Source of the DNA: Geosiphon pyriformis uo1
Lineage: Eukaryota > Fungi > Glomeromycota
DNA length: 64,000 bases
Assembly (NCBI GenBank): GCA_016748015.1
Contig: JAAOMT010000226.1
Span: 974,604-1,038,603, forward strand
Direction of reading: 5' to 3'
In this document: positions 44,760 to 58,532 of the stretch, one piece after another
Layout: every line of letters starts with the position of its first letter
How positions within the stretch are numbered: position 1 is the stretch's first letter
Made by a program: the position numbers and the translations under genes
The notes under the pieces: model-generated
Told to the model about the DNA's origin: nothing
Databases searched by the model: none
Seen by the model: the letters and a program-made list of their open reading frames with translations, nothing else

Positions 44760-45385
44760 TATACATAATAGTAATATTAAAAAAAATTATTATTGAATAT
44801 TGTTCTAAAATAAAATAAGTTATTGAGCATATTTATTAAAAATAATATAATTGTTTAGTCTTTATATAAAACTAGACTGTTTATTGATTTATATATATTA
44901 TTAGTTAAAAGTTTCATGCTAAAGAATTAGATAATTAATACAATACAATATTTAAGTACTAGATTTAATGGTAATATACTGGTTATTAAATTGGTTTATA
45001 GTCTGACTGAAAGTTACGAGTCTGCTATTTAAATATTAGTCACTAAGTTAAGATCTTACTATAAAAAACATAATCTTTTACTACATAATAAATCAGTTGT
45101 TTTTTCTGTTTTTAGTTTATTATCTTTATAATCTTTTGAATAAATTTACAGTTTTAGTATTAAACTAGGTATCCATATTTGTTTTGAATTGCATTTATGT
45201 TTGTTTAGTGTAAATTTTGGTTTTTTAAAAAATGTTTCTTTAGTAAACAATTTAGATATATAGTATTGTTTTGATTGATCTAAATGGTTGATTATATATA
45301 AAAAAAGCATAAAATACACATAATTTAAAATTTTGTTCGATTTTATGTACTTAGATAGTGATTAAACTGTACTTGTAAAAAAAAA
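44760..45385 (+). mobile_element. 5'-truncated LINE 3' end with poly(A)
   Basis: 3' sequence TAGTATTGTTTTTGATTG.TCTAAAT...TAGATAGT.ATT...T.TACTT.T followed by an A-tract matches the 3' end at 48955-49097. Confidence 0.65.
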
Positions 45386-46004
45386 TTATACAAATTTAAT
45401 TATAAAGTAGATAATAATATTTAATAATTAAATTAAGAATAAAATCAAAATAATTATTTTAATTAATAATAAAAATTATAAAAATAATTTTATGTTAATT
45501 AATAATTTAAATTTTGCTTGATAATAATATTATTTTATTTTATAAAATTATTTATTTTTTTATATTATAAATAATAATTTTTTAAAATAAAATAATTATT
45601 AAAATAACAGTTTATAAATCTTAAAAATAAACCAAATTGTTTATTTTTTTTAATAATTTTATTATTATAATTAATAAAATAAGATAAAATCAAATTAATT
45701 TAATTTAAGTTTATATTTTTAAAAACATTTTTTAAAGTTTTTTTGAATTTAAAACAAATAATTACACATTTAATATAAATATAAAAAACAAAATTTTAAT
45801 TAATAATACAAATTTATTAATTATATAATATTAAAAAAACAGAAAAATCATAAATTATTGTATTTATTAACAAAGTATAAAAAAAATTTAATGTTAATTT
45901 TTTAATTTTCATGTTTTTTGTTAATATTAATATTTGTTATATGTATTAAATTTTTCTTAATTTATATATATATTTATATATTTTAAATTAATATTTATTA
46001 TAGT

Positions 46005-49000
46005 TCTCAAGTTTTATGACTGGAAGGATGTTTTAACAAATACACAATCTATTGCTCTTATTGAAATAACTAGAAAAATTCTTTCTAAGATCCTATTTAA
46101 CAAAATTTTGTCTGCTTACACTAAACACAATATCTTTTAAGATAATAATTTTTCAGTTCTAAAAGATATTTTGACTCAGTTTTTAGTATTTGTTATCAGA
46201 TCAATAGTAAAAGACACTTTAGAAAAGTGTAGAAAAGTTTAACTGGTTTTACAGAATATGTGCAAGGCTTATAATTTAATTGAATGGCATTATTTAAAGG
46301 CTAGCTTAAAACATATTAGAATGTATAACAAATTTATAAAGTTTTTTGGTACATATATGCAAATCAGATTAACAGAGTAATAACTGATTTTGGTCTCTTA
46401 GATAAATACAGAGTGTTAAATAGATTAAATTAAAGTAAAGTTTTTTTATCACTTTTATGGAGAATTTTTTATGATCCTTTATTATGTGAAGTCAAAAAAC
46501 AGAAGCATTTATGTGAATACAGAATTAATATGAACTTTATGGCTAAGTTAAACAGAATAAAAATAGGCAAAGATATATTTTTATTTTTTACTACTAGTGC
46601 ATTTATTAATAATACAATTTAAATAGATAATAATTAGGCTTTAACACAACATATTTTGAATATTATTAGTGAATTTTTTGAGATTAATAACATTTCTATT
46701 AACAATAACAAAACTATAACTATTCTTATTAATCAGAGAGTCATAAATGCTTCTTTGTGCATTAATAATCAGCCAATTTCTATAATTAAGCAAGTGAATT
46801 ACATTAATATTTAGGTATCTTTTTGTCAATAGAAAGTTTGTCTAAGTTTAGTTTTGCTAAAATGCATTTGAACATCAAATTTTTTTTTAATTTGGTTTAC
46901 AGAAAAACTTTGTTTAATAAACAATTTTCTTATTTGATTTTGTTGGTCTTATAGCTTATTATTAGTTATTATATTTAGTTCAATTTTGTTTCCAAAAATG
47001 TGTGTTATAAGTAGAATATAATTTTGAGAAAAAGGCTCAAATTTAAGACTAATCTGCTTAAAGATTTTTCTGGTAAGGCTTTGTACTACCTTTCTTTTTA
47101 TAAATTGAAGACATTTAAGAAGATACAAACAAAAGAGAAAATTTTAATACTTCTAATATCCTTGGCTACTTGTTTAAGTATTATTTTTTGGATTTGTAAA
47201 TTTTAGAATGGGCCTTAATAAACTTTTTGCAATATTCTGTTAAATTAAAAATCAGTTCTGTAAACAATTTTTTGGCAGGTGTTGTAAAAATTTTTTTGGA
47301 CAACAGATTGTTTTTGATCAACAACCTGTTTAATGTGTTTAAAAGTGCTGGTTGCTTTTCCATGTCAACAATTCTAAAAAAATTTTTTTATTATAACATG
47401 GCTTTTTTTTTGAAATAATTTAGTATTGTCTTTGATAACAGATTATTAAACAAATACAGTTTAGTATTGAGTTGAAAAACTTTTCACTACTGGAAAAGAT
47501 TGAGTCTTAAAGATCCAGTGTCTTTGTAATTTAAGAAAGTTTTATCTTTTATGATTGAATATTGTGTTGGTTTTTATAAAATCACTTTTGTTCTTGTCTC
47601 TTTATGTTTTTTTCAGTCAAAAAAATTTTTAGACAGTTATAAATGCTTGCATAAATTATTGACTAGTGTTTTTAATATTTATACAAATAGTTCTTTAAAG
47701 AGTTTGAATACTGTAAAGATTACCAGTAGGATAGTGGCTTATTTTCCTAATGTAGAAGTAGATGTGAATATTAAAATACATGGCCTGCTATCTTTTACTA
47801 TGTTAGAGTTTCAGGTGATTATATTAATATTAAAATGCATTCCTTCATTTTGCTCAATAATTATACATACAGACAATCAAGTAGCTTTAAATGTTTATAT
47901 ATTAGAACTTGGGCTATATGTGCCAAATTTTTAGAACAAGTACTGAATTGAAAGACAACATATAGTTAATTTGGTCAAAGATAAAAACATTTTGATTAAG
48001 TGAGTTAAAGTCAAGAGTCATTCAGGGAATATAAACAATAACAGAGCCAATGTTTTTACTAATATTACTGCTAACTTTGATCTTGTTTTACCTAATAAAG
48101 TTCATAAAAGATTTATAATGACTAATGATTATGTTATTTTGGGTAATATTTATTATTTTGTTTAAGATATTCATAAGATTATTTGTTGTGTTCAATAGAA
48201 GGGTAATTCTGGTATGAGTACTGTAATTAAGACATTTATCAGGAATATTGATTGGGTCTTTACTGTAAAAGTGTAGTATCTAGACTCACATATGCTTTTA
48301 GATTTTATAGATAGAGCTTTGGCTGTTTTCTAGATATATTTAATGAAAGCAGTTCATAGGAGACTCTCAGTTGTAGTTAAGAAAAAACTTTACAACAAGA
48401 GCTACCTTAGAGTACAATGCTTAATGTGTAGAAATATTGAACTGTCTGATTATGCTTTTACTTATTCTAAGAAAATGCTAATGTGTTCTGAGATTTTAAT
48501 AGGTTATATTAGATTGTGGAAATCTTTGATTGTTGACTGCTTACTGACAATATTTTTGGTAATATATACTCTCTTTTCTAGGTTATTAAATATTAATATT
48601 TATATAATCTTGTGTAAAAATTTTGTTTTCAGAGATTGGACAAAGAAAATATCATTATTTTTTGGTAATAAAAAGAAAGCTGTATTAATAGTTGTTGATT
48701 TTGCTTACCATTTGACTAAAAGGCATCAAGTCAACTTGTGGTTATATAGAGTAAAGTTTAAAATAAACATAAAAAAGAGTAGTTTGATTGTTAATGTTGA
48801 AATGATTTTTGTTTTTTCTAATGTTGGGATTAATTGTTTATTTGTGAGTATTATTTATCTTTTTGATATTGATAAATTATTTGCAGTGTGTTTTGGTTTG
48901 CATAGATCTTGCTTGTTTTTTTTTGGTATTTGTAAAAGTGTAAAAGTATATATAGGTACATAGTATTGTTTTGATTGGTCTAAATAGCTAGTCATATATA

Positions 49001-49097
49001 GTAAGTACATAAGTTATATTTAATTAAATTTACTTAGTTTGTTTTTGTATACTAGATAGTAATTGGGCTATACTTATTAAATAAATAAATAAATAAA
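46005..49097 (+). mobile_element. Degenerate 5'-truncated LINE ORF2 (reverse transcriptase + RNase H) with 3' UTR and (TAAA)n tail
   Basis: SIALIEITRKILSKI, LQNMCKAYNLIEW (DxxKAYD), LLWRIFYDPLL, AFINNTI (FVDD). RNase H: IYTNSSL, HTDNQ, *VKVKSHSG..NNRAN. C-terminal CLMC. Confidence 0.85.
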
Positions 49098-50979
49098 ATT
49101 TATTATAGTATTATTTAATTTAAATATAAATATAAATTTAATAATTTCCTAAAATTTTAAAAAGATAAAAATTCTTAAAACTATTTATTTAATAAAAAAA
49201 TTTTAACTATATTATTATTAATAGGTTAATATTTAAATTTAATTTTTTTTAAAAACAAAAATATTATTAATATTTAAAATATTAATCAAATAATTTAATT
49301 GATTTTTTAATATTATATTATTTAATATATTTAAATTTTTTATTATAAATAAAATTAATCTTTTTAAAATAATACTTTATATTTTTAATATTTAATTTAT
49401 TATTAATATAATTATAACTATCTATTTTATTGTTTTAAAACACAAATATTTTAAAAAGTTTATAAAATTTAAATATTTTTATATTTAAAATTAAATGTAA
49501 TTTACATATTATTATATATAATTAACTATTTAAACTGGTTAAAAATATATTATATATTTATATATATACTAATATTATTATTTAAACAAAAAAAAAACAA
49601 ATATTTACTGTATAAATTAAAACCAATTACAAAAGTTTTATTAATACCAAATATATAAATTATTTTATAAAACAATCTATTTGGTAAATTACATAAACTA
49701 TATAGAATAAACTTATTATTATCATTTAAATTATTTTTTTTATTGTTATTTTATACTTAAATTTATATAATTATATTTTGTTTCTGTAATTTAATATTAA
49801 TTATTGTATATAAATAATTAAATATAAACAAATTAGTTTAATATTTTTTAAAACTAATATAATTTCAGTAAATTGTATATTAAAAATAAAATTTTTACAG
49901 AAAATAATATACAAAATATTATTAAAAACATAAAAAGAAATAAGTTACAAAACCAAAAATAATAAGTAATAATTTTTGTAAACTACAGTATTCAATTTGT
50001 ATATAAAAACATAATATAAGAATTTTATTTTATAATAAAGACAAAAAATTCTAAGATATTATTTGTTATATAAACATTTTTAAATAACAATAAATAATTA
50101 TTTGTAAATTATTTTTATTAAGTAAATATAAAAACTGGCTGTAAACTTGTTAATAAATTCAGACTGTATATAAAAATATTACAAACAAATTAAATTCTTT
50201 AAAAAAAATTTTTGTTTATAAATTATCTAATATAATATATATATATTTTATTAAAAATTTTAATATTTATTTTTATATTATTAAAAATACTATTATATAA
50301 TAGACAATTTTTTAAATAAATCTATTATATTTTGAACAAAATAAATTATTTTACAAAAAATTTTTATTTGTAAACTATTCAAAATATATGTATATAATTG
50401 TTAACAATAATTTTTTTACTAATTAAAAAACACAATATTTTTAATATTATATGTTAAAGTTATTTTAAAAAATTACAGCTAGTTTAAGCTATTTATAAAA
50501 AATGTATTATAAAATTAAGATTATTAATTAAAATAAAATAAATAATTTTACTAAAATTAATATTAAAGTTATTAATTTATAAAGAAATTTTTTTTAAAAA
50601 AACATAATTGTGTGATTAGCATAAAAAATCAATGTAATTTACTTAATTTAAATATTTTGAGTAATATTAACATAATTAAGTTTAAGCCTAATCTTAGTGT
50701 CTAATATGTAGTTTAAATTAATTTAAGTTACTAATTGCACGTAAATAACATGTAATTTACATTTACTTTGAACATTTTGATAAAAGTGTTACTTATTTTT
50801 TTATTTTAATAACATATAAGTTTTGTTATTAATTGTTTTTAATTAAGAATAATTAAAAATAGTAATATTTTTAAAAATTTTATTAATTGCATTTGATATT
50901 AAGTTTTTTAAGTTTATATTTTTTGTTTTAATTAAAACTGTTATAATGACTTTTTTTTAATTAATTCATAAACAATTAT

Positions 50980-53225
50980 GAAAATCCATGGTAAAAAAAA
51001 GAAAAATTTTCTGGAACACCTATATATTTCAAGATATGAAAGAAGCAAATCAGAACGTTTTGGTAATTCAATTTTAAGGTAGCCATCGAAATTTAGGATA
51101 TATTTTTTTGATCCACTCCTCGTGCTAAATAACTTCGCTGTCAAGAGTGGTGGACCACATTCCCGCTTTGTTCGTGATTTTAAAAGGCATCCTTGCAATG
51201 ACGAATTTATGATATCACATCTGTATGAAATCGAAAAATAATGACATGCACTGACATCATTACCAATCATGAATACCCCAGTTAGAGAACAATCATAATC
51301 GATACAACCAGCTAAAGGAAGTCATATTGGATTTTTAAAACCAAGATCGGTCAATGTTAAGTATATACATTGTCTTTCGTTAGACTTTAGTTTAACGATA
51401 GAATCAAGACACTGCAAGCAAAACCATAATTTGTTAAAAAATAAAATCACATCAAGAAAAAAGGGGAAATAAAGTAGTAAAGGATGGTAAAGAAATAGAG
51501 AAGACGTTGAATAGCACAAGATGAAATATGGTTAGGGATATTGTAATGTGTTGGTAAGCAAATTGTTAATAGTTACCATAATTACCATCACCGCTATAAC
51601 CACTATTATCGCTATAACCACTATTATCGCTATAACCACTATTATCGTCATAACCACTGCCATAGCCACTACCACCTTCCACCACCACCACCGCCCCCAT
51701 AACCACCACCACCACCCCCATAACCACCGCCACCTCGGCCTCGACCGCCACCGCCACGTTCAGTGGCCATATTTACTGATTTGAAATTTAGAGTTAGGAT
51801 GAAACAAGATCAAAATAGAGAAAGAGAAAAAAATGCAGGAAATAGCATATTACCTCTAATGGTTCTCCCATCAAGCTCTTGATTATCCATGCTTTGGATG
51901 GCGTTTTCAGCCTCATCGTTGCTTAGAACAATAATATAGGTGTGAATTAAAAATTCAATGCATCATTACAAAATAAATCAGGAGTGAAGTGCTTACTTGG
52001 AATAAGTAACAAAGCCAAAACCACGACTACGGCCTACATAATAAAAATCTGGTTTGCAAATTATTTTCTCATGATGAAACGCCCAACACTATGTTTATAC
52101 ACACAAACAGTCTGCGAAATAAAAATTAAAGTATTATATAACAAACTAACTTATCAAATCGAAATCAGACCCAAGCTTATTTTGTCAAGATACCAACAGA
52201 CTTTTTTTTTCTTTAATCAAGTAAATAGGTTTTGCTTACCTGTTTCACGGTCACGGATAATAACAACGTCTTGAACCGTACCGTATTCGGCAAATTTTGA
52301 GCGAAGGCTCTCGTCGTCAGTGGTCCAGGAAAGGCCACCAATAAAAAGCTTAAAGGACATGATTATTTAAAGGAGATAGAACTCGTCGTTTGCACACTGC
52401 GTCCGGGCGTCGTTCAGTTAAACCAAGTAGATAGTAACCAGAGGACTTTTCGTCAAAGGACTCAGAAATACACAAGCACCAACAGAAACGAACGGTGCAA
52501 AGAAATAAAATAGGGTTAAAGGAACACACACATATACACACACTAAATGACTAACTGCTCTATTTGCAAGAGTGGGATAGGGAGAAAGAGGTGTAAAGAG
52601 AAAAAGAAAACTTAACAAATGGAATGGTTTATCGCTATTTATTCATTTTAGGAAACCCCATTTTTTTTTTCATCTGTTTGCTATAGAAAGTATTTGCCAC
52701 CAAATTACGATGATTCGATTGGGTAATATGGTAAAATAATATTTTGATAAACTGATTGATCTTTGTCATAGATTAAAATATTTTTTTTGAAATAATACAA
52801 GCCACATCTTCCTATCAGTGATACTAATCTTAACTATATTTTTATTTTTATTTTTTGCTCATATTGCGATGGTTGGACGTTACTCTCGCCACAAATCTTG
52901 GCTTTAAGTGTGTTCAGGTAAGAAGACGTGAAATTTTTGCAGTACCGCAACCTTAATGCAGCTAGTAATACAATATCTTCCTAACATGTATGTCTAGAAG
53001 TTTTTTGGATGTAATTTTTTTTGTTTTGTAACGCTGAGATTCTAATGAGAGTGAAATCAGTAATATTAACCTCTGCGAAGCTAGAGTAGTAAAAAAGGCT
53101 TAAAATAAAGAGTGTAAATATATTCAAAAAAGACTTCAAACATTTTTACAAATAAATTTGGTTTAATTTTATATACTTAAAATATTTAATTAGAGAATTC
53201 TAAGAAATTAAATTAAACATTATGA
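50980..53225. repeat. Segmental duplication copy B
   Basis: Colinear with 35415-37960, with small deletions. Confidence 0.93.
51566..52360 (-). CDS. Glycine-rich RNA-binding protein copy B (exons 52360-52240, 52033-51997, 51921-51854, 51775-51566); frameshift in the Gly tail gives TAG at 51669-51671
   Basis: [41 protein letters not shown]|RSRGFGFVTYS...ELDGRTIR|VNMATERGGG. Splice sites intact. GGT GGA AGG TGG TAG truncates the tail. Could be a truncated gene, a young pseudogene or an assembly error. Confidence 0.8.
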
Positions 53226-54636
53226 ATTATATTATTATTAAATTAATGTAATGTTTTAAAATAAAGGATTTTTATTTTTCAAATTATTAGTAATTGCATT
53301 GTGATTATTATTTTTAATAATATTTATTTATTTTACAAGTAATAATTATAATTAACTTATTAAGTTTATAATAAAAAAACTTTGAACTTGATAAAAAAAA
53401 TATTTATTTAATTATGTTAAAATTATTTGATTATCAGCTTTTCATTTTTTTATTTTTATATATGAAGCATTTTTTTTATATTAATATCATAAAAAATGAA
53501 TTACATATACAATTATTTTAAAATTTCATTATTTTTAAAATAATTAATACAAATTTAAATAGCTGAATTTGTAAGTTTTACTATTAATTGTTTTTAATTA
53601 AGAAAAAAAAATATAAAAATAGAGATTGTTTTTAAAAATTTATTAATTACAATTAATATCAAGTTTTTTAAATTGAAATTTTTTATTTTTTTTAAAAAAA
53701 TAATTTTGTCAAGTTTTTTTGATTAAAAATAGACAATTAAATTATTTTTATAACTATTTTTATTTAATTCATAAAGAATTATTGTTTTTTGTTAAATTAG
53801 ATATTAAATGTTCTAATTTTTTTAAAATATAAACATATTTAAGCATTTTAAAAAAATTTTAACAGCAATTTAATGATCATAGTTTTTTTTTAAATTGAAT
53901 TAACATTAATTTTTATTTGATGTTTAGTAATATTTTGCATATAGTTGATTTTTTTGATAAAAATATTATTTGTTGTTAAATAAAATTGTTATTTTATAAT
54001 ATATAAAATAATTTCAAAAATTTTTTATAAAAAGTAATTTTTGTTGCAGATTATTGTAGTTACTTTATTTAAATTGTTTTTTTCTCTTGAAAATTTAAAA
54101 AAATTGATAAATTATAGTAATTAATGTTTAAAAAAAGTTAAAAGTAAAAAAATATTTAAAAAAAGAAATATTTTTTCAAAATTTTATTTTTTAAAATTTT
54201 AAAATTTAATAATAGAATATATCTTAAACTTGACTAATTAAATAAAATTTATTAACTATTTAAAAATTTATTAATTAATTAATCACAAAAAACAATATTT
54301 TATATAAACAAATAATATTAATAATTAAAACTAAATAATTAATTTAATAAAAATTTCAATATTATCTATTATGTGTCAATAATAATTTGTTTAAAAATAT
54401 ATTTAAAATTTTTGAAACTTATTTAAATTAAAATTATTAAGTTTATTAAAATTATTTTGTCCAAAAAATTTTCAATTTCATATTAATATTTGTTATAGTT
54501 CATTATTTTTAATATTTAAATTTTACAATTTGCAGTAATTCAAAAAATAATCTTGATTATGTATATATTTTTTAAATAGATTAAATATAATAAATAAAGC
54601 TTAAATAATTTTTTAAAGTTATTAATTGTATTTTTA

Positions 54637-54667
<31 letters not shown>

Positions 54668-55601
54668 CAAATTTATTTAAATAAATTTATAAATTTTTAC
54701 CAATAAATTATAGCCAATACAAATCAGATAATATATTAAATTATTAAATTACCATAACTTAAACAAAATTATATATAAAGCATTATTTACTTATTTTATT
54801 TTTCAATACAATAACCAACAAATTTGGTTTTAAAAATCTTTCAATATTATTGTATTATTTAACAGGAATAATTTAAATTCAACATCCTGTGTGCTAGGTT
54901 TTAATTTATTTTTGATAATTAAAAAAAAGGTAAATCTTATAAAAAATTTAATCTCTCATTTGTTTGCTCTATTAAGTCTCTTTTAAATGGAAAATAGTTT
55001 TAGGAAAAACAATTTATCTGAAAATAGTGGTCATATTGCGAAAATAGATATGATAATGGTAACAACTGAAAAACCGTCATTATAAAATTTACTAATATGC
55101 ATAAACCTAAATATCTGTCATCTCCAACGATTTTTATCTCAAATCAAATACTACAGGCTTATTCCCCATTATGCAACCAAAAACGGTCATACAAACAAAT
55201 CAACGGGTTGAGTCTTATGCAAAAATATTATGAATTAAATGCTATGTCACGTTAAACGCATTCAAACTGCAAGAAAATTTCCTATCATCACTTTTTTCTC
55301 AATTAATGCGTTGCTGTTTGGTCTAAAAACAAATTACATGCCTTGTACAAGTGACCGCGATTCTTTTTTTTTTTAGATTTTCACAAAAAAAGAGAGATGT
55401 GACTATTCCAACTAAAAACACATTTCACTATTTAAAGAAAGATCAAGTGAATTTATGTAAATTATTCTGAAAACTACACTTGATTCAAGCAAACATTCTT
55501 TTTCTTCAATTCCTCGCCATCCTCTCATCCTCTCATCCTCCCTATTTCTTTCATTCAATAATTCATCCTTCTTCTCTTCTTTTATCGCAATACGATTCAT
55601 C

Positions 55602-56571
55602 ATGCTTTCTAAAGTTGTATTCGTATCTTCGTTCGTTTTGGCGACAGCCACCTCAATAGTTTCAGCAGGATATACTATCACTTCCCCATATTCAAATCTC
55701 GTATGGAACAAAGGAGACAAAGTAAAGGTTCAATGGAAAATTAATGGCCAGGCTGAGGAGAAGGTAGATGTCCGTTTAGTTCATGGTAATGCCGAAAATT
55801 TGTTGTTCGATTTCAATCTTTGTTCGAACGTTAATCCCTCGGCTGGTGAGTGCTCTTATGTTGTGGATGACAATATTGTCTCTGGAATTGACTATGCTGT
55901 TACTGTTGGAAAAACCCCTGATAAATTTGCGTATTCCAGCTATTGTAAGTATAAATGTAAAATTGAATTTTGATTCAAGAGAAATATTCCTAAAATTCTG
56001 GTCATTGATTTTTAATCTATTTCCTTTTTCCATCATCTAGTTACCATAAAAGCTAATGGTGCTCTTTCTGAAAGCAAAGGTTGTCCAAACATGGTAAGTT
56101 GATAGGCTTCTTTTTTTGGCATAACCAAATTTCTTGTAAGCTCTTCATTATATTTATTCCTCTTTATTTTTACCCTAATAGGGCGGTAAAATTTGCCCCG
56201 AATCATTGCCATGCTGCAGCTCATCAGGCTACTGTGGCAAAACCGAGGAATACTGTAACAATGGATGCATGGCAAAATACAGCTTTAACGGAAAGTGTGT
56301 CCTCCCAGGCGCTCAAGTCACTGTTTCTACCCCTGCCACTCAAGTTTCCACCAATGTGAATCAGCAACCTCCGCCAAAAAAAGAGGAACAAAAACCTCCT
56401 GTCTCCGTCACCCCTGTAACTCCTCTCGTAACACAACAAAAAAAGTGTGGCAAAAAAATGTGCACAAAATTACAACCTTGTTGTAGTGCTTCGAATAAGT
56501 GTGGAAATTCGTGTGTTATCGGATGCAAAAAGTCAATGAGCTTTGCCGGAAAATGCATTTCTCATAATTAG
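55602..56571 (+). CDS. Secreted protein: Kre9/Knh1-like N-terminal domain plus two hevein/CBM18-like Cys-rich modules (exons 55602-55944, 56041-56093, 56182-56571)
   Basis: Signal peptide; YTITSP...W..G..VKVQW...YSSY|FTI; CPESLPCCSSSGYCGKTEEYCNNGC; P/T linker; CGKKMCTKLQPCCSASNKCGNSCVIGC. Two GTAAGT introns join in frame. Confidence 0.88.
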
Positions 56572-57488
56572 TTATAAAAAAGGGATTAATAATTTTTGTA
56601 TTTATTAGACTATTTATTGCAATTTTAACTACTGTCAAATAGTTTTTGTATTCGTATATAGTCGTTCCTTTTTTTAGAACAAGCATGGATAGATTTTGTA
56701 TTCTGTAATAGAAATTTCGATAGATATTAGTTTTAAAAGAAATCCTCTTTTATTTGATAACTGATCTGTAAGCACTTTGTATTTCAATCTCCGAACCTGT
56801 AGAAAAATCATTGGGTAAGAGAAAATATAAAAAATTTTTGAAGGTTTGAATTTCTTAAAAAAAAGTTCATTTATTAATTTGTATAATATTTTTGGGAGAC
56901 CATTTATTTTATTTTATTTTATTTTTAAGAATTTTATTTTTATAAATATATTTAATTTATAATAAATACAAAAAACAAGCATTTAATTTTTATCAAAATT
57001 TTACAAATGGAAAATAATAATTACAAAAATAACATAATACCAAATATCAGAATGTAATGTTTCTTAACTTTTGAAATTTTAGATTTTTTTTAATAGAAAA
57101 CGATCTTTTCCTTTTTATTATTATTATTATTCAAGCTATTTCAAATAATCTTGTGAAAGTTTCCTTTTATTTTTATCAGATTTTTATTTCTTTTCCATAA
57201 AAAAATAAATAAACAACTCTATTCCTAAAAAGTCGTAAAATAATTTTTTTTGATAATAAATCAATATTTTTTCCCCTAAAAAATGCAGTATTAATATCGT
57301 GTTTGGCTTCTTTATTTTCTCATTACAAAATTTTAGAAAAGAAAAAAATAAATCGATCAATAAAAATTTGGTAAAGGAACAAAAAATTAATTTCTGATAA
57401 TTAAAATGAGAATTAAAATTATTATGATCCGTGTAATTCAAAAGATTGCGAGTATTTTATATGATTCAAAGAACAATTCAAAATTTTC

Positions 57489-58532
57489 TTATGGATTTGT
57501 CTCTCTTGATGTCCAATCGTTTTCTTCTTCATTGAAGGTGTAAACCTATAAGAAAAATCAAAGAAAGTTGAGAAAAGGCAAAAAAAAAAAACCAATAATG
57601 CCTAACCCTCCTCCATCAACTTACAAATCTTTTGGGTGGAAACATTTCATACTCAAACCGAACAACTTCACTGATTTTGAAAACCAAAATGCACATATTT
57701 TCAAAGGCCATATCATGTAAAATACGTTCGGGATGATCGATTTTAACATTCGAATTTAACATGTGCTCCAATCTCTGACAAACAAATGTATTTTGATTCA
57801 ATTTTGGTACGCCGGAAGGTGGTAATGTAAATGAGGCACGAGTTTGCGACGAAATTGATTCCCATGTTAGGCGACGAATTGATTCCCAGTATTCGGAGGC
57901 TAGAAGATAAGATAAGTTGTCTGGTAAAATTTTTGGAGGTGGGAAACGAGTAATTTTTAACGGTGCTGCAGAGATATAGAAACGTCCGGAAATGTTGTAA
58001 ATTTCTTTTGTTGAGGGCATTTGCCTGAAAATATTTGATAAGAGGGAACCATTAAAAAACAAAGTTTTGGTTTATTGAAATGAATTGATAAAATACAGAT
58101 TCAGTTAAATCTCATAAAATGGTCTCACCAGCACAGCTGAGCTTGAGGACTTGCTTTTACATCCCCATGTAGATAACCATCATTAAAAGCCATTAAAAAG
58201 AGAAGATATCTTGGGTCATCCTTGAGGAAATCTTGAAATCTTATATTGTGCAATGAAGGTTGTCCTGTTCGTCGAAGATTTGTCATTTGTACATAGACTT
58301 GAAAAGTTCAAGAGATAAGATATTAATATCAAAATAGCAAATAAAATTTACTATTAAAAAATTGATATTTCAAGGAGCTCTGAAAGTGCTAGTTCATGAT
58401 ATAGTCTTTTCACTCAAAAAAGAGGGATAAACGATTCAAAATATGACACTTACCAGGATCTTGGGAATTGTTTTTAAGGCTTTTTTGAAGCAAAGTCAGC
58501 CATAAAGGACATTTAGAACTTAAATCAGACAT
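57489..58532 (-). CDS. Pyridoxamine 5'-phosphate oxidase-like FMN-binding split-barrel protein (exons 58532-58454, 58297-58129, 58024-57625, 57545-57489)
   Basis: PLWLTLLQKSL, YVQMTNL...GQPSLHNIRFQDF, QAQLCW|QMPSTKEIYNISGRFY, WESIRRLTWESISSQTRASF, AFENMCILVF, final WTSRETNP*. Canonical introns in frame. Confidence 0.8.

Noticed and set aside
38119-48963. Numerous Ile/Lys/Asn/Phe-rich ORFs as host genes or mitochondrial insertions
   Set aside because: They are eroded retroelement frames; no organellar gene motifs were seen.
49100-50800. Extremely AT-rich tract (also 53230-54800 and 59450-60350) as centromere or origin
   Set aside because: No diagnostic motif; probably terminally eroded repeats and not assignable.
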